Origin: Nitrospinales bacterium
GTDB taxonomy: Bacteria; Nitrospinota; Nitrospinia; Nitrospinales; VA-1
NCBI GenBank assembly: GCA_965223795.1
Contig: CBDCXL010000001.1
Coordinates: forward strand, 352,001-416,000
Length of the DNA: 64,000 nucleotides
Direction of reading: 5' to 3'
Below are positions 52,172-61,807 of this stretch, in pieces (the stretch's first letter is position 1; the number at the start of each line of letters is the position of its first letter). The notes under the pieces were generated by a model that saw only the letters and a program-made list of their open reading frames with translations, was not told where the DNA came from and did not search any database. The position numbers and the translations under genes are program-made.

Positions 52172-55100
52172 ATGGCGTTTTTTTCCAAATTGATGCGCTC
52201 CTCCCGGCCGAGGGATCCGCGCTACGGCGGACAACCGCAAAGCTTCCAGTACCCTCAGGATCCTGAAGCGTTGCGGGAAGCGGGATTGACTCCTGCTGAT
52301 TCCGAGCTCGAACCCACCATCGTCGTGGAGGGGGACGAGTCGCCGTTCGTTCAGCCGCCGGAAACCGAGGTCCGTCCCGGACCGGACGCGGTGGTGACCG
52401 GAGCGGAGTACAACGAAATCGCCGGCGAACGCAACCTGGGCCGCCGTGCTTCCGATCAGATCCGGCCGCTGGTGCACAAGATCCTTTCCGGCACCAGCAT
52501 CACCGGAATCCTTTCTTCGCTGACGCGCGACCTCATCAACATTTTCCAGTGCCAGTCGGTGCAGATCTATGCGGTGGATCTCGCGCGCCGGCAGCTGGTT
52601 TCCATCACGCACGCGCTGGAACAGGAAAAGGAATTCCGTCTCGACATTTCCCCCAAGAGCCTGGCGGGATTCTGCGCGGCGACGGGGAAAACGATCAACG
52701 TCGGGGACGTGAACTCGGCCAAAGAGCTCAAGAAAATCCACGCCGACCTCAAGCACGACCAGACCTGGGAAAAGCAGGCGAAGATCCGCATCGAGTCCAT
52801 GCTGGTGACCGCCCTGCCCTTCGAAAAACGGCTGATGGGCGTGCTGGAGATCATCAACAAAAACAAGGAACAGCAGTTTACCGAATCGGACGTCCGTCAG
52901 GCCAAGGAGCTTTCCAGCACCCTGGGCCACGCGCTGGTCAAACTGGAGATCGAGCAGATCGAGGAGCAGACCCGGGCCGTGGCGCACGCGATCCACTCCG
53001 CGAAAAACGTGGACGAGATTCTGATCGAGCTGAAATCCTCCATCCAGGAGATCTTCGACGCGGGGATGCTGACCATCTATTCGGTGGATGAAAAGAAGAA
53101 CGAAATTTATTCCAAGGTGAAATCGGAAAACAGCATCAAGGAAATCCGCGTTCCCATTGCCGCCAAGAGCATCGCGGGCTGTGTCGCCAAGGAAAAAAGG
53201 CCGGTCAACCTCACCGACGTCTACAACGAGACCGAGCTGAAGAATTACCACAAGGAACTCACGTTCGACAATTCCTGGGACAAGAAAAGCGGGCTCAAGA
53301 CCAAGTCCATGCTGGTGTACCCGCTGATCCACCTGAACCGGGTGATGGGCGTGCTGCAGATCGTCAACAAGACCACGACGGACCGGTTCTCCGCCTTCGA
53401 CGAACGCAACGCCAAGATCATCGGCGACACGCTGGCGCTGGCCATGTTCAACCAGTGGAACGCCCATCAGAAAAAGCGCACCAAGTTCGGTTACCTGGTG
53501 GAAAACGGCATCATCTCCCAGGACGAGCTGAACGCGGGCATCGCCAAGGCGCGCATGAAGCGCCTCGACATCGAAGACATCCTGCTCACGGAAATGAAAC
53601 TCAAGCGCGCCGACATCGGCAAGTCGCTCGAGGCTTATTACGACATCCCCTACACCGGATACAGCGACCAGATGGTTCTGCCGGGCCATGTGTTCGCCGG
53701 GCTGAACAAAAACTACCTGGCCAAGAACAACTGGGTGCCCTTGAAGAACGACCCCACCCACGCGCTCATCCTCATCGACGACCCGTCCAACCAGGACAAG
53801 ATCGCCAGCATCAAGATGATCTTTCCGAAAAAGTCGGTGGAATTCCAGATCGGCCTGAAGGCGGACATCCGGGATTTTCTCAATTCCAATCTCTCGGACG
53901 ACGGTCCTGCCGACGTGCAGGAGGAAGCGCCGGTCAGCAGTGAGGAGGTGTCCAGCCTGCTCAACGCGCTGGTGGACGAACAGCGCGACGACACCGTTAT
54001 CGAACTGGGCGCAACCTCGGACGACGCGGTCACGGCGATCAGCGAAACCGACAGCACGATCGTGCGGCTGGTGAACAAGATCCTGACCGACGCCTACGAC
54101 CAGGGAATCTCGGACATCCATCTGGAACCGGGAACCGGCAAGAAAGACGTCAAAGTGCGTTTCCGCAAGGACGGCTCCTGCCGGGTGTACCAGCAGATTC
54201 CCTTTATGTACAAACAGGCGATCATCTCGCGCATCAAGATCATGTCGCGGCTGGACATCGCGGAAAAACGGATGCCGCAGGACGGCAAGATCAAGATGCG
54301 CTACGGCAAAAAGGAAATCGAGTTCCGCGTCGCCACCTGCCCGACCGTCGGCGGCAACGAAGACGCGGTGCTGCGTATTCTCTCTTCCAGCAAGCCCATC
54401 CCGCTCTCGAAGATGGGCTTCCTCGATGAAAACCTCAAGGTGCTGGAAGAGATGGTCGCCAAGCCCTACGGGCTGATCCTGGTCGTGGGACCCACGGGTT
54501 CGGGTAAAACCACGACTCTGCATTCCTGCCTCGCGCTGATCAACAACGACGAACGGAAAATCTGGACCGCCGAGGACCCGGTGGAAATCACTCAGGAGGG
54601 GCTCCGGCAGGTGCAGATGCAGGATAAGATCGGCCTGACGTTCGCCCGCGCCATGCGCTCGTTTCTGCGCGGCGACCCGGACGTCATCATGGTGGGTGAG
54701 ATGCGCGACACGGAAACGGCCGCGATCGGCCTGGAAGCTTCGCTGACCGGCCATCTGGTGTTCAGCACGCTGCACACCAACTCGGCGCCGGAAACCATCA
54801 CACGCCTGCTCGATATGGGCATGAACCCGCTCAACTTTTCCGACGCCCTTCTGGTGATCGTGGCGCAACGCCTGGTCAAAACTCTCTGCAAGAACTGCAA
54901 GGAACCGTACACGCCGAGCAAGGAGGAATTCGAAGTCCTGGTGCGGGAATACGGCGTGAAGGATTTTCAGAAACTGGGCATCAAGTTGAGCAAGGATCTG
55001 AAACTGTACAAGCCCAAGGGGTGCTCCGCCTGCGGCAACACAGGCTACGCCGGCCGCATGGGCGTTCACGAGGTGCTGAGCGGCACCGATGAGATGAAAC

Positions 55101-55246
55101 GCATGGTCATGCGTTCGGCCATGGTGGATGAAATCCGCAAGCAGGCGATGGCCGACGGCATGTTCACCCTGAAGCAGGACGGCATTCAGAAGATCTTTCA
55201 GGGCCACTGCGACATCAAGCAGGTGCAGTCGGTGTGCGTGGTCTGA
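52172..55246 (+). CDS. GAF-GAF-PilB/GspE ATPase, copy 1
   Basis: Two GAF domains; SDIHLEP, RMPQDG, GPTGSGKTT, AEDPVE, DVIMVGEMRD, GHLVFSTLHTN, CKNC/CSAC. Confidence 0.92.
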   Translation: MAFFSKLMRSSRPRDPRYGGQPQSFQYPQDPEALREAGLTPADSELEPTIVVEGDESPFVQPPETEVRPGPDAVVTGAEYNEIAGERNLGRRASDQIRPLVHKILSGTSITGILSSLTRDLINIFQCQSVQIYAVDLARRQLVSITHALEQEKEFRLDISPKSLAGFCAATGKTINVGDVNSAKELKKIHADLKHDQTWEKQAKIRIESMLVTALPFEKRLMGVLEIINKNKEQQFTESDVRQAKELSSTLGHALVKLEIEQIEEQTRAVAHAIHSAKNVDEILIELKSSIQEIFDAGMLTIYSVDEKKNEIYSKVKSENSIKEIRVPIAAKSIAGCVAKEKRPVNLTDVYNETELKNYHKELTFDNSWDKKSGLKTKSMLVYPLIHLNRVMGVLQIVNKTTTDRFSAFDERNAKIIGDTLALAMFNQWNAHQKKRTKFGYLVENGIISQDELNAGIAKARMKRLDIEDILLTEMKLKRADIGKSLEAYYDIPYTGYSDQMVLPGHVFAGLNKNYLAKNNWVPLKNDPTHALILIDDPSNQDKIASIKMIFPKKSVEFQIGLKADIRDFLNSNLSDDGPADVQEEAPVSSEEVSSLLNALVDEQRDDTVIELGATSDDAVTAISETDSTIVRLVNKILTDAYDQGISDIHLEPGTGKKDVKVRFRKDGSCRVYQQIPFMYKQAIISRIKIMSRLDIAEKRMPQDGKIKMRYGKKEIEFRVATCPTVGGNEDAVLRILSSSKPIPLSKMGFLDENLKVLEEMVAKPYGLILVVGPTGSGKTTTLHSCLALINNDERKIWTAEDPVEITQEGLRQVQMQDKIGLTFARAMRSFLRGDPDVIMVGEMRDTETAAIGLEASLTGHLVFSTLHTNSAPETITRLLDMGMNPLNFSDALLVIVAQRLVKTLCKNCKEPYTPSKEEFEVLVREYGVKDFQKLGIKLSKDLKLYKPKGCSACGNTGYAGRMGVHEVLSGTDEMKRMVMRSAMVDEIRKQAMADGMFTLKQDGIQKIFQGHCDIKQVQSVCVV

Positions 55247-55362
55247 CCCGGTGCGAAGCGCGGCGTCCGGCATTCGTATAAAATAAATTTTACTTCAATG
55301 CGCGCTATTCATTATGTTGGATTCGGAACGGGATGGCTTTTTGAGGAACTTCAGGTAACGCG

Positions 55363-58266
55363 ATGAACTCGACGCACGATCATTTAGGCAGGGATCCGGG
55401 GGAAGATCCGTCCAAGGTGATCCTGGCGAAAGTCCAGGGCACGAAAGACATAGAGGGAATCCTTCCGTCCCTGATCGAGGACCTCAAGGAGCTGTTCGAC
55501 TGCGAGGCGGTGTCCCTGTTTGCGCTCGACCGCAAGAACCGCCAGCTTTTCTCGCGCAACCTGGTGTCGGACATCCTTTCGGAAATCCGGGTGGACATTT
55601 CCATCAAGAATCTCGCGGGTTTCGTGGCGGCGACGGGAAAATCCCTGAATATCCGGGACGCCTACGACGAGGACGAACTCACGCAGTACCATCCGCAGCT
55701 CGCGCACGGGTCGACGCTGGATAAAATCCTGGATTTCAAAACCCGATCCATCCTGGTTCTGCCGCTGCCATTCAACCGCAAACTGATCGGCGTGGTGGAA
55801 GTCATCAACAAGCGCAACGACGACGGTTTTTCGGAACTGGACATGAAGCGGGCGCGCGATCTGTCGCCGGTTTTGGGGCTGATCCTGATGAAACTGGAAC
55901 GGCAGAAAGCCAAAGTGGAAGCCGAGCCGGGTCCGGCGCCCGGCCCCACAGCGGTTGAAAACGGTGCGAAATCGGAATCTCCTGAAGAGAGGCTGCACAA
56001 ACTTTCCCAGTCCATCCACGCGGCCAAGGACGTCGACGAGATCCTGATCGATCTCAAGGAATCGCTGATCGACATTTTCAATGTGGAAATGGTCACGCTG
56101 TACGCGGTGGACTCGCACAAGAACGAAATTTTTTCGAAAATGAAATCCGGAGACGGCATCGCTGAAATCCGGGTTCCCATTTCCCCGCAGAGCATTTCCG
56201 GCTGGGTCGCCATGGAGCAGACCCTGGTGTGCGTCGAGGACGTCTACAACGACGATGAGTTGAAAAAATACCATCCGGACCTGACGTTCGACGACTCCTG
56301 GGACAAACAGTCCGGACAGCGGACCCGTTCGATGCTGGTGTGCCCGATGGTGCAGAACGGCCAGTTGATGGGCGTCCTGCAGCTCATCAACAAAAAACAG
56401 GGCGGGACGTTTTCGGCACGGGATGAAAAACTCGCCAACATCATGGCGGAAACGCTGGCCCTGGCGTTCAACAACCAGAAAAAATTCGTTCAGCAAAAAC
56501 CGACCAAGTTCAGTTACATCCTGAACAACGGCATCATCAGCGAAGAGGAGCTTTCCACCGCCATCACCCAGGCCCGGAAAAATCAGGTCGATATCGAGGC
56601 CATCCTGTTGGGCAATGTCGGCCTGTCGCGCAAGGAACTGGGGCAATCGCTGGAGAATTTTTACGGCATCCCCTACTACGGCTACCACGACTCGATCATC
56701 CTGCCGAGTGAGGTGCTCGCGGGTCTGAACAAGAACTTTCTCGCCAAGAACCACTGGATTCCGATCCAGAACGACAGCGAGAAAGTCGTCATACTGGCAA
56801 ACGATCCGTCCAACCCGGACAAGCTGCAGAACATCAAGCAGATTTTCCCGAAAAAGGAACTCGAGTTCAAAGTCGGCCTGAAAGCGGACGTCCTCGACTT
56901 TCTCAACTCCATCACCGGCGACATCGATCACAACAGCAAGGTCGAAGACGACCCGGTCAGGCCGGAAGAAATGTCCAGCCTCCTCAGCGCGCTCATGGAC
57001 GAGACGGAAAAGGAGGTGGTCGACACCCAGGACGACGATGACGAAGCCAATGCGATCAGCGAGACGGACAGCACCATCGTCCGTCTGGTGAACAAAGTTC
57101 TCATCGACGCGTATGAACGCGGCGTGTCCGACATTCACATCGAGCCGGGAATCGGAAAAGAAAAGGTGACGGTGCGCTTCCGCAAGGACGGTGAGTGCAT
57201 GAATTATGAAACCATCCCCTCTTTGTACAAGCAGGCGATCATTTCCCGCATCAAGATCATGTCGCGCCTGGATATCGCCGAACGGCGCATGCCGCAGGAC
57301 GGCAAGATCAAAATGCGTTACGGCCGCAAAGAGATCGAGTTCCGCGTCGCCACCTGCCCGACGGTGGGCGGCAACGAGGACGCGGTGCTGCGTATCCTGG
57401 CGCAGAGCAAGCCGATCCCGCTGGATCAGATGAACCTGAGCGACCGCAATCTTGAGCGCATCCAGGAAAAATCGATCAAACCCTACGGCCTGATCCTGGT
57501 CGTCGGACCGACCGGCTCGGGTAAAACCACGACGCTGCATTCCTGCCTGGGGCACATCAACACGCCGAGCAAGAAGATCTGGACCGCAGAGGATCCGGTT
57601 GAGATCACGCAGAAAGGACTGCGGCAGGTGCAGATGCTGGACAAAATCGGCCTGAACTTCGCCCGCGCCATGCGTTCGTTTTTGCGCGGCGACCCGGACG
57701 TCATCATGGTGGGTGAGATGCGCGACACGGAAACGGCTTCGATCGGCCTGGAAGCCTCGCTGACCGGCCATCTGGTGTTCAGCACGCTGCACACCAACTC
57801 GGCGCCGGAAACCATTGTGCGTCTTCTGGATATGGGCATGAACCCGCTCAACTTCGCCGACGCTCTGCTGCTGATCGTCGCGCAAAGGCTGGTCCGCACG
57901 TTGTGCAAGGAATGCAAGGAGGACTACAATCCCTCGAAAGAGGAATTTGACACGCTGGTGCAGGAATACGGAGGGGAAGAAGCGTTCTCCAGCACCGGCA
58001 TCCAGTATTCCGACGATCTCTTGCTGAAAAAACCTGTGGGCTGCCAGGTTTGCGGAGACAGCGGTTACGCCGGCCGGACCGCCCTGCATGAAGTACTGGA
58101 CGGCAGCCAGCAAATGAAACGCCTCATCATGAAATCCGCCATGGTGGAGGAACTGCGCGAGCAGGCGATCCTCGACGGCATGACCACCCTGAAGCAGGAC
58201 GGGATTGAAAAGATCTTCAAAGGCCACTGCGATCTCAAATCCGTTCTCTCTGTCTGCATTGTGTGA
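55363..58266 (+). CDS. GAF-GAF-PilB/GspE ATPase, copy 2
   Basis: Same architecture; all catalytic motifs intact. Confidence 0.92.
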   Translation: MNSTHDHLGRDPGEDPSKVILAKVQGTKDIEGILPSLIEDLKELFDCEAVSLFALDRKNRQLFSRNLVSDILSEIRVDISIKNLAGFVAATGKSLNIRDAYDEDELTQYHPQLAHGSTLDKILDFKTRSILVLPLPFNRKLIGVVEVINKRNDDGFSELDMKRARDLSPVLGLILMKLERQKAKVEAEPGPAPGPTAVENGAKSESPEERLHKLSQSIHAAKDVDEILIDLKESLIDIFNVEMVTLYAVDSHKNEIFSKMKSGDGIAEIRVPISPQSISGWVAMEQTLVCVEDVYNDDELKKYHPDLTFDDSWDKQSGQRTRSMLVCPMVQNGQLMGVLQLINKKQGGTFSARDEKLANIMAETLALAFNNQKKFVQQKPTKFSYILNNGIISEEELSTAITQARKNQVDIEAILLGNVGLSRKELGQSLENFYGIPYYGYHDSIILPSEVLAGLNKNFLAKNHWIPIQNDSEKVVILANDPSNPDKLQNIKQIFPKKELEFKVGLKADVLDFLNSITGDIDHNSKVEDDPVRPEEMSSLLSALMDETEKEVVDTQDDDDEANAISETDSTIVRLVNKVLIDAYERGVSDIHIEPGIGKEKVTVRFRKDGECMNYETIPSLYKQAIISRIKIMSRLDIAERRMPQDGKIKMRYGRKEIEFRVATCPTVGGNEDAVLRILAQSKPIPLDQMNLSDRNLERIQEKSIKPYGLILVVGPTGSGKTTTLHSCLGHINTPSKKIWTAEDPVEITQKGLRQVQMLDKIGLNFARAMRSFLRGDPDVIMVGEMRDTETASIGLEASLTGHLVFSTLHTNSAPETIVRLLDMGMNPLNFADALLLIVAQRLVRTLCKECKEDYNPSKEEFDTLVQEYGGEEAFSSTGIQYSDDLLLKKPVGCQVCGDSGYAGRTALHEVLDGSQQMKRLIMKSAMVEELREQAILDGMTTLKQDGIEKIFKGHCDLKSVLSVCIV

Positions 58267-58401
58267 CCCTCCCCTTTTATTCAGGTTTCGATTCTAAAAA
58301 TTTACCGCGGTTTGTAACCGGTTCACACACACTTGTTGTGCCCCCATATCTTTTAAGATTTAAAAAACACGATCGAAAGTCCCCGCTTTACACCTGCATT
58401 G

Positions 58402-58417
58402 TGTGACCCGCCTCACA
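58402..58417. promoter_or_regulatory. CRP-type box 1
   Basis: TGTGA-CCCGCC-TCACA, perfect TGTGA-N6-TCACA. Confidence 0.75.
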
Positions 58418-58471
58418 GACTTCCGTTAAAAAATCTTCAAAACCTTTTTTTCTTTTCTTTTATTTTGTTTC

Positions 58472-58487
58472 TGTGATTTGCCTCACA
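58472..58487. promoter_or_regulatory. CRP-type box 2
   Basis: TGTGA-TTTGCC-TCACA, perfect core, 70 bp after box 1. Confidence 0.75.
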
Positions 58488-58676
58488 ACTTTTTCAAAGA
58501 AAAAGTTTTATTTTTATTTTTTACTCCTTTTTATTTTTCACAAACTGTAATTTTTGTGATACATTTTTCCAATAACTGCAAAAAATTCAGGCTTCGACGT
58601 TCTTTAAAACGTTAGGACCTTTTAAAACCGTCCTTTCCTAACAGCGCGCATTTCAAGGTTTGCATTTTATTTCAAA

Positions 58677-61592
58677 ATGGGAAATCCAAATCATTCCGCA
58701 TCTTTGAAAAACGAAATGGCCGACGAAACGATCAGCCTGGAATCTCTTTCCGCTCAGGCAAAAAGCATCGAACTCAACGAGTCCTCATTGAGTTCACTCA
58801 CGGACAACCTCAAACGGATTTTTGAATGCGAGGCGGCGACTTTGTTCGCCTACGACCGGTCGACACGAGAACTCTACTCGCGCAATTTCCGCTCGCACGG
58901 CATCGATGAAATCCGGGTCGACATTTCCGTGAACAACCTGGCCGGTTTCGTGGCCGCCACCGGAAAGCCTCTGAACATCCGCAACGTGCATTCGAAGGAA
59001 GAACTGTCCCGCTACCATCAGGACCTGAGCTACGACGACGTGTGGGACAAGAAAATCAACTTCCTCACCCGATCCATGATGATCATTCCGCTGCCGCACC
59101 AGAACAAGCTGGTCGGCGTCATGGAAATCATCAACAAACACGAAGGCGAACCGTTTCCGGAAGAGGATTTCGTCAAGGCGAAGGCCATTTCCTCGGTGAT
59201 GGGGCTGGCGCTGGTACGGCTGGAAGATCAGGAAAACAAAAGCACTCAACGGCTCCGGCAGACGGTCGACCGCGAGGACAAACTGCGGAATCTGTCACAG
59301 GCGATCCATTCCGCCCAAAATCTCAATGAAATCTGGACGGGCCTGACCGGTCCGATCAAGGACGTGTTCGACTGCGAAGCGGCCACCATCTACCTGGCGG
59401 ACGGCAAGCACCGGGAGATCGTGACGCGGGTTTCCGCCGGGGGGGAACCGGTTGAGATCCGGCTTCCCGTCGGCACCACGAGCGTTGCGGGTTTCTCCGC
59501 CGCGGAACAGAGACTGGTCAACGTCCGCAATGTACACGATCACAACGAACTGGGAAGATTCCATCCCGATCTCGCTTTCGACGCCGGCTGGGATGAAAAA
59601 ACCGGAATGCGCACCCGCTCCCTGCTCACGATTTCCCTGACCCACAAAAACCAGCTCATGGGAGTGCTGCAACTGGTGAACAAGGAGGACGGGTTCACCG
59701 CTCTGGATGAAAACAACGCATTCCTGATTGCCGATACGCTGGCGCTGGCGCTGCACAACCTGAGAAAAGCAGCGCAGCAATCCAAACCGACAAAATTCGG
59801 CTTCCTGATCGAAAATGGCTTTCTTACAGAAGAGGAGTTGACCCTGACTATGGCCAAATCGAGAAAAACCGGGAAAGAAGTAGAAGATTTACTGGTGAAG
59901 GATCTATACCTGCGTTCCCTGGACATCGGGAAGTCTCTGGAAAAGTTTTACAAGGTTCCTTATACGGGCTACGACGAATCGATCGCGCTGCCGGATCCCG
60001 AATCTCTCGGTCTGAACATCGAAACCCTGAAAAATCAGAACTGGGTGCCGCTGAGATACGATGACTCCGGCATGGTCGTGCTGATCCACGATCCCTCGGA
60101 CGACAAGCGCGTGCACGACATTCAGTCCATGTTTCCGCGCCAGCGCATCGAGTTTCGGGTCGGGCTGAAAGCGGACATCCACCGTTACATCGATTCCTTT
60201 TTCGGGGTCGAGGACGCCCCGGAGGAAACCGAGGAAGAAACCGCAACCGACAACAGAGAGGAAGAGCTTGTGAACGAAGAATACGATCTCGTCGTGGACC
60301 TGGAAGAAAAGGAAATCGCCCCCGAACCGGAACCGCAGGCGGAACCGGAAGAACAGCCTCCCGCACGGGAGACCTCGATCGCCAAGGCGACGATCAAGCT
60401 GTTCAACGACATGATCGGCATTTCGGCCAAGCAGGACGTAACCGATATCCACATCGAACCGGGCATGGAAGGCAAGGACACCATCGTGCGGCTCCGCAAA
60501 GACGGCGCCTGCCGGGTGTTCGACGAAATCCCCTCGGCGTTCCAGAGGTCTTTGATCACCCACATCAAAAAACTGGCGAACCTCGACATGTCCGTCACCA
60601 AGCTGCCGCAGAACGGCAAGTTCGAATGGACGGATAAAAACTGCAAGTTTCTCTGCGAGGCGGTGATCTTCCCGACCATCGGCGATCTGGAAGACGCCAT
60701 GCTCAAGATCACGCCGCTCGGGAAGCCGCTGCCAACGTTCCTGCCTTTGTCGAAGCTGCATTTTTCCGATCCCAACCTGGACAAGATCCTGTCCCGCATC
60801 GCCTCCCCCAAGGGGCTGGTGCTGGTTTCCGGGCCGGCGGGCAAAGGCAAGACGACGACCCTGCACTCGCTGCTGGGGCAGATCAATTCCGATGAGAAAA
60901 AGATCGTCACCGCGGAAGATCCGGTGGAAATCGTGCAACCCGGACTGCGGCAGATCCAGGTCAACAACGAAGTCGGCCTCAATTACTCCTGCGCCCTCGA
61001 CACGTTTTTGATGGGCAACCCGGATGTGATCGCCGTCGGCCAGATCGACTCGGAGGAAACCCTGAAAGACTGCCTGCAGGCGGGCAAGGATCACCTGGTG
61101 ATGACCACGCTCAACGCCAATTCCTGCATCGACGCGCTGCGCACTCTGAGGGAAATGAACGTGGAGCAGGAACAGCTTGCGGACTCGCTGCTGCTGATCG
61201 TGTCGCAGAAACTGGTGCCGAGCCTGTGCGAGCATTGCAAGGAGGATTACCATCCGACGCAGGAAGAGTTTGACACGCTGAAAAAATTCTACGGGGAACT
61301 GTACTTCCCGGAACTGGGCATTCAATACAATGAGGATCTGAAACTGAAGAAAGCGGCGGGATGCAAAAAATGCATTTTCACCGGCTACTCGGATCAGATC
61401 GCCCTGCAGGAAGTGCTGGAACGCACTCCCGAATTGAACCGGATGATCGCCGGCAAGGCGTCGATCGAGGAAATCCGCAACCAGGCCATCAAAGACGGCA
61501 TGGTGACTCTGAACCAGGATGGTATTTACAAAATTTTCAACGGAATCTGCGATTTCAAGAAAATTCAGGAAGCCTTCCTGCCCTCGATGTGA
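58677..61592 (+). CDS. GAF-GAF-PilB/GspE-like protein, copy 3, catalytically degenerate
   Basis: Same architecture; GPAGKGKTT retained but Walker B is DVIAVGQIDS and His box is DHLVMTTLNAN. Confidence 0.88.
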   Translation: MGNPNHSASLKNEMADETISLESLSAQAKSIELNESSLSSLTDNLKRIFECEAATLFAYDRSTRELYSRNFRSHGIDEIRVDISVNNLAGFVAATGKPLNIRNVHSKEELSRYHQDLSYDDVWDKKINFLTRSMMIIPLPHQNKLVGVMEIINKHEGEPFPEEDFVKAKAISSVMGLALVRLEDQENKSTQRLRQTVDREDKLRNLSQAIHSAQNLNEIWTGLTGPIKDVFDCEAATIYLADGKHREIVTRVSAGGEPVEIRLPVGTTSVAGFSAAEQRLVNVRNVHDHNELGRFHPDLAFDAGWDEKTGMRTRSLLTISLTHKNQLMGVLQLVNKEDGFTALDENNAFLIADTLALALHNLRKAAQQSKPTKFGFLIENGFLTEEELTLTMAKSRKTGKEVEDLLVKDLYLRSLDIGKSLEKFYKVPYTGYDESIALPDPESLGLNIETLKNQNWVPLRYDDSGMVVLIHDPSDDKRVHDIQSMFPRQRIEFRVGLKADIHRYIDSFFGVEDAPEETEEETATDNREEELVNEEYDLVVDLEEKEIAPEPEPQAEPEEQPPARETSIAKATIKLFNDMIGISAKQDVTDIHIEPGMEGKDTIVRLRKDGACRVFDEIPSAFQRSLITHIKKLANLDMSVTKLPQNGKFEWTDKNCKFLCEAVIFPTIGDLEDAMLKITPLGKPLPTFLPLSKLHFSDPNLDKILSRIASPKGLVLVSGPAGKGKTTTLHSLLGQINSDEKKIVTAEDPVEIVQPGLRQIQVNNEVGLNYSCALDTFLMGNPDVIAVGQIDSEETLKDCLQAGKDHLVMTTLNANSCIDALRTLREMNVEQEQLADSLLLIVSQKLVPSLCEHCKEDYHPTQEEFDTLKKFYGELYFPELGIQYNEDLKLKKAAGCKKCIFTGYSDQIALQEVLERTPELNRMIAGKASIEEIRNQAIKDGMVTLNQDGIYKIFNGICDFKKIQEAFLPSM

Positions 61593-61618
61593 TTTTGAGA
61601 CCCACTGTAAATTCTCCG

Positions 61619-61672
61619 GCAGCGCTCATGCTGTGATGTGAGCGCTGCATGGGCTTCGTGTTTGTTTTTTCT
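61619..61672 (+). terminator. Hairpin, possible terminator after copy 3
   Basis: GCAGCGCTCA-10 nt-TGAGCGCTGC with a T-rich tract a short distance downstream. Confidence 0.5.
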
Positions 61673-61807
61673 TTACCCTCCTCTGTAATCAGCAATCATC
61701 CTCTCCTTTGTAAAAAATAATAATTCTATTTATAAATTAGACGTTCTTTATAGGCATGCCGACATCAATTTCTGGTAAAATTTCAGAATACTTGCTTGAG
61801 GAGGCCT

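Noticed and set aside
52157..58227. 1038-aa and 947-aa minus-strand ORFs
   Set aside because: Antisense shadows of the PilB paralogs
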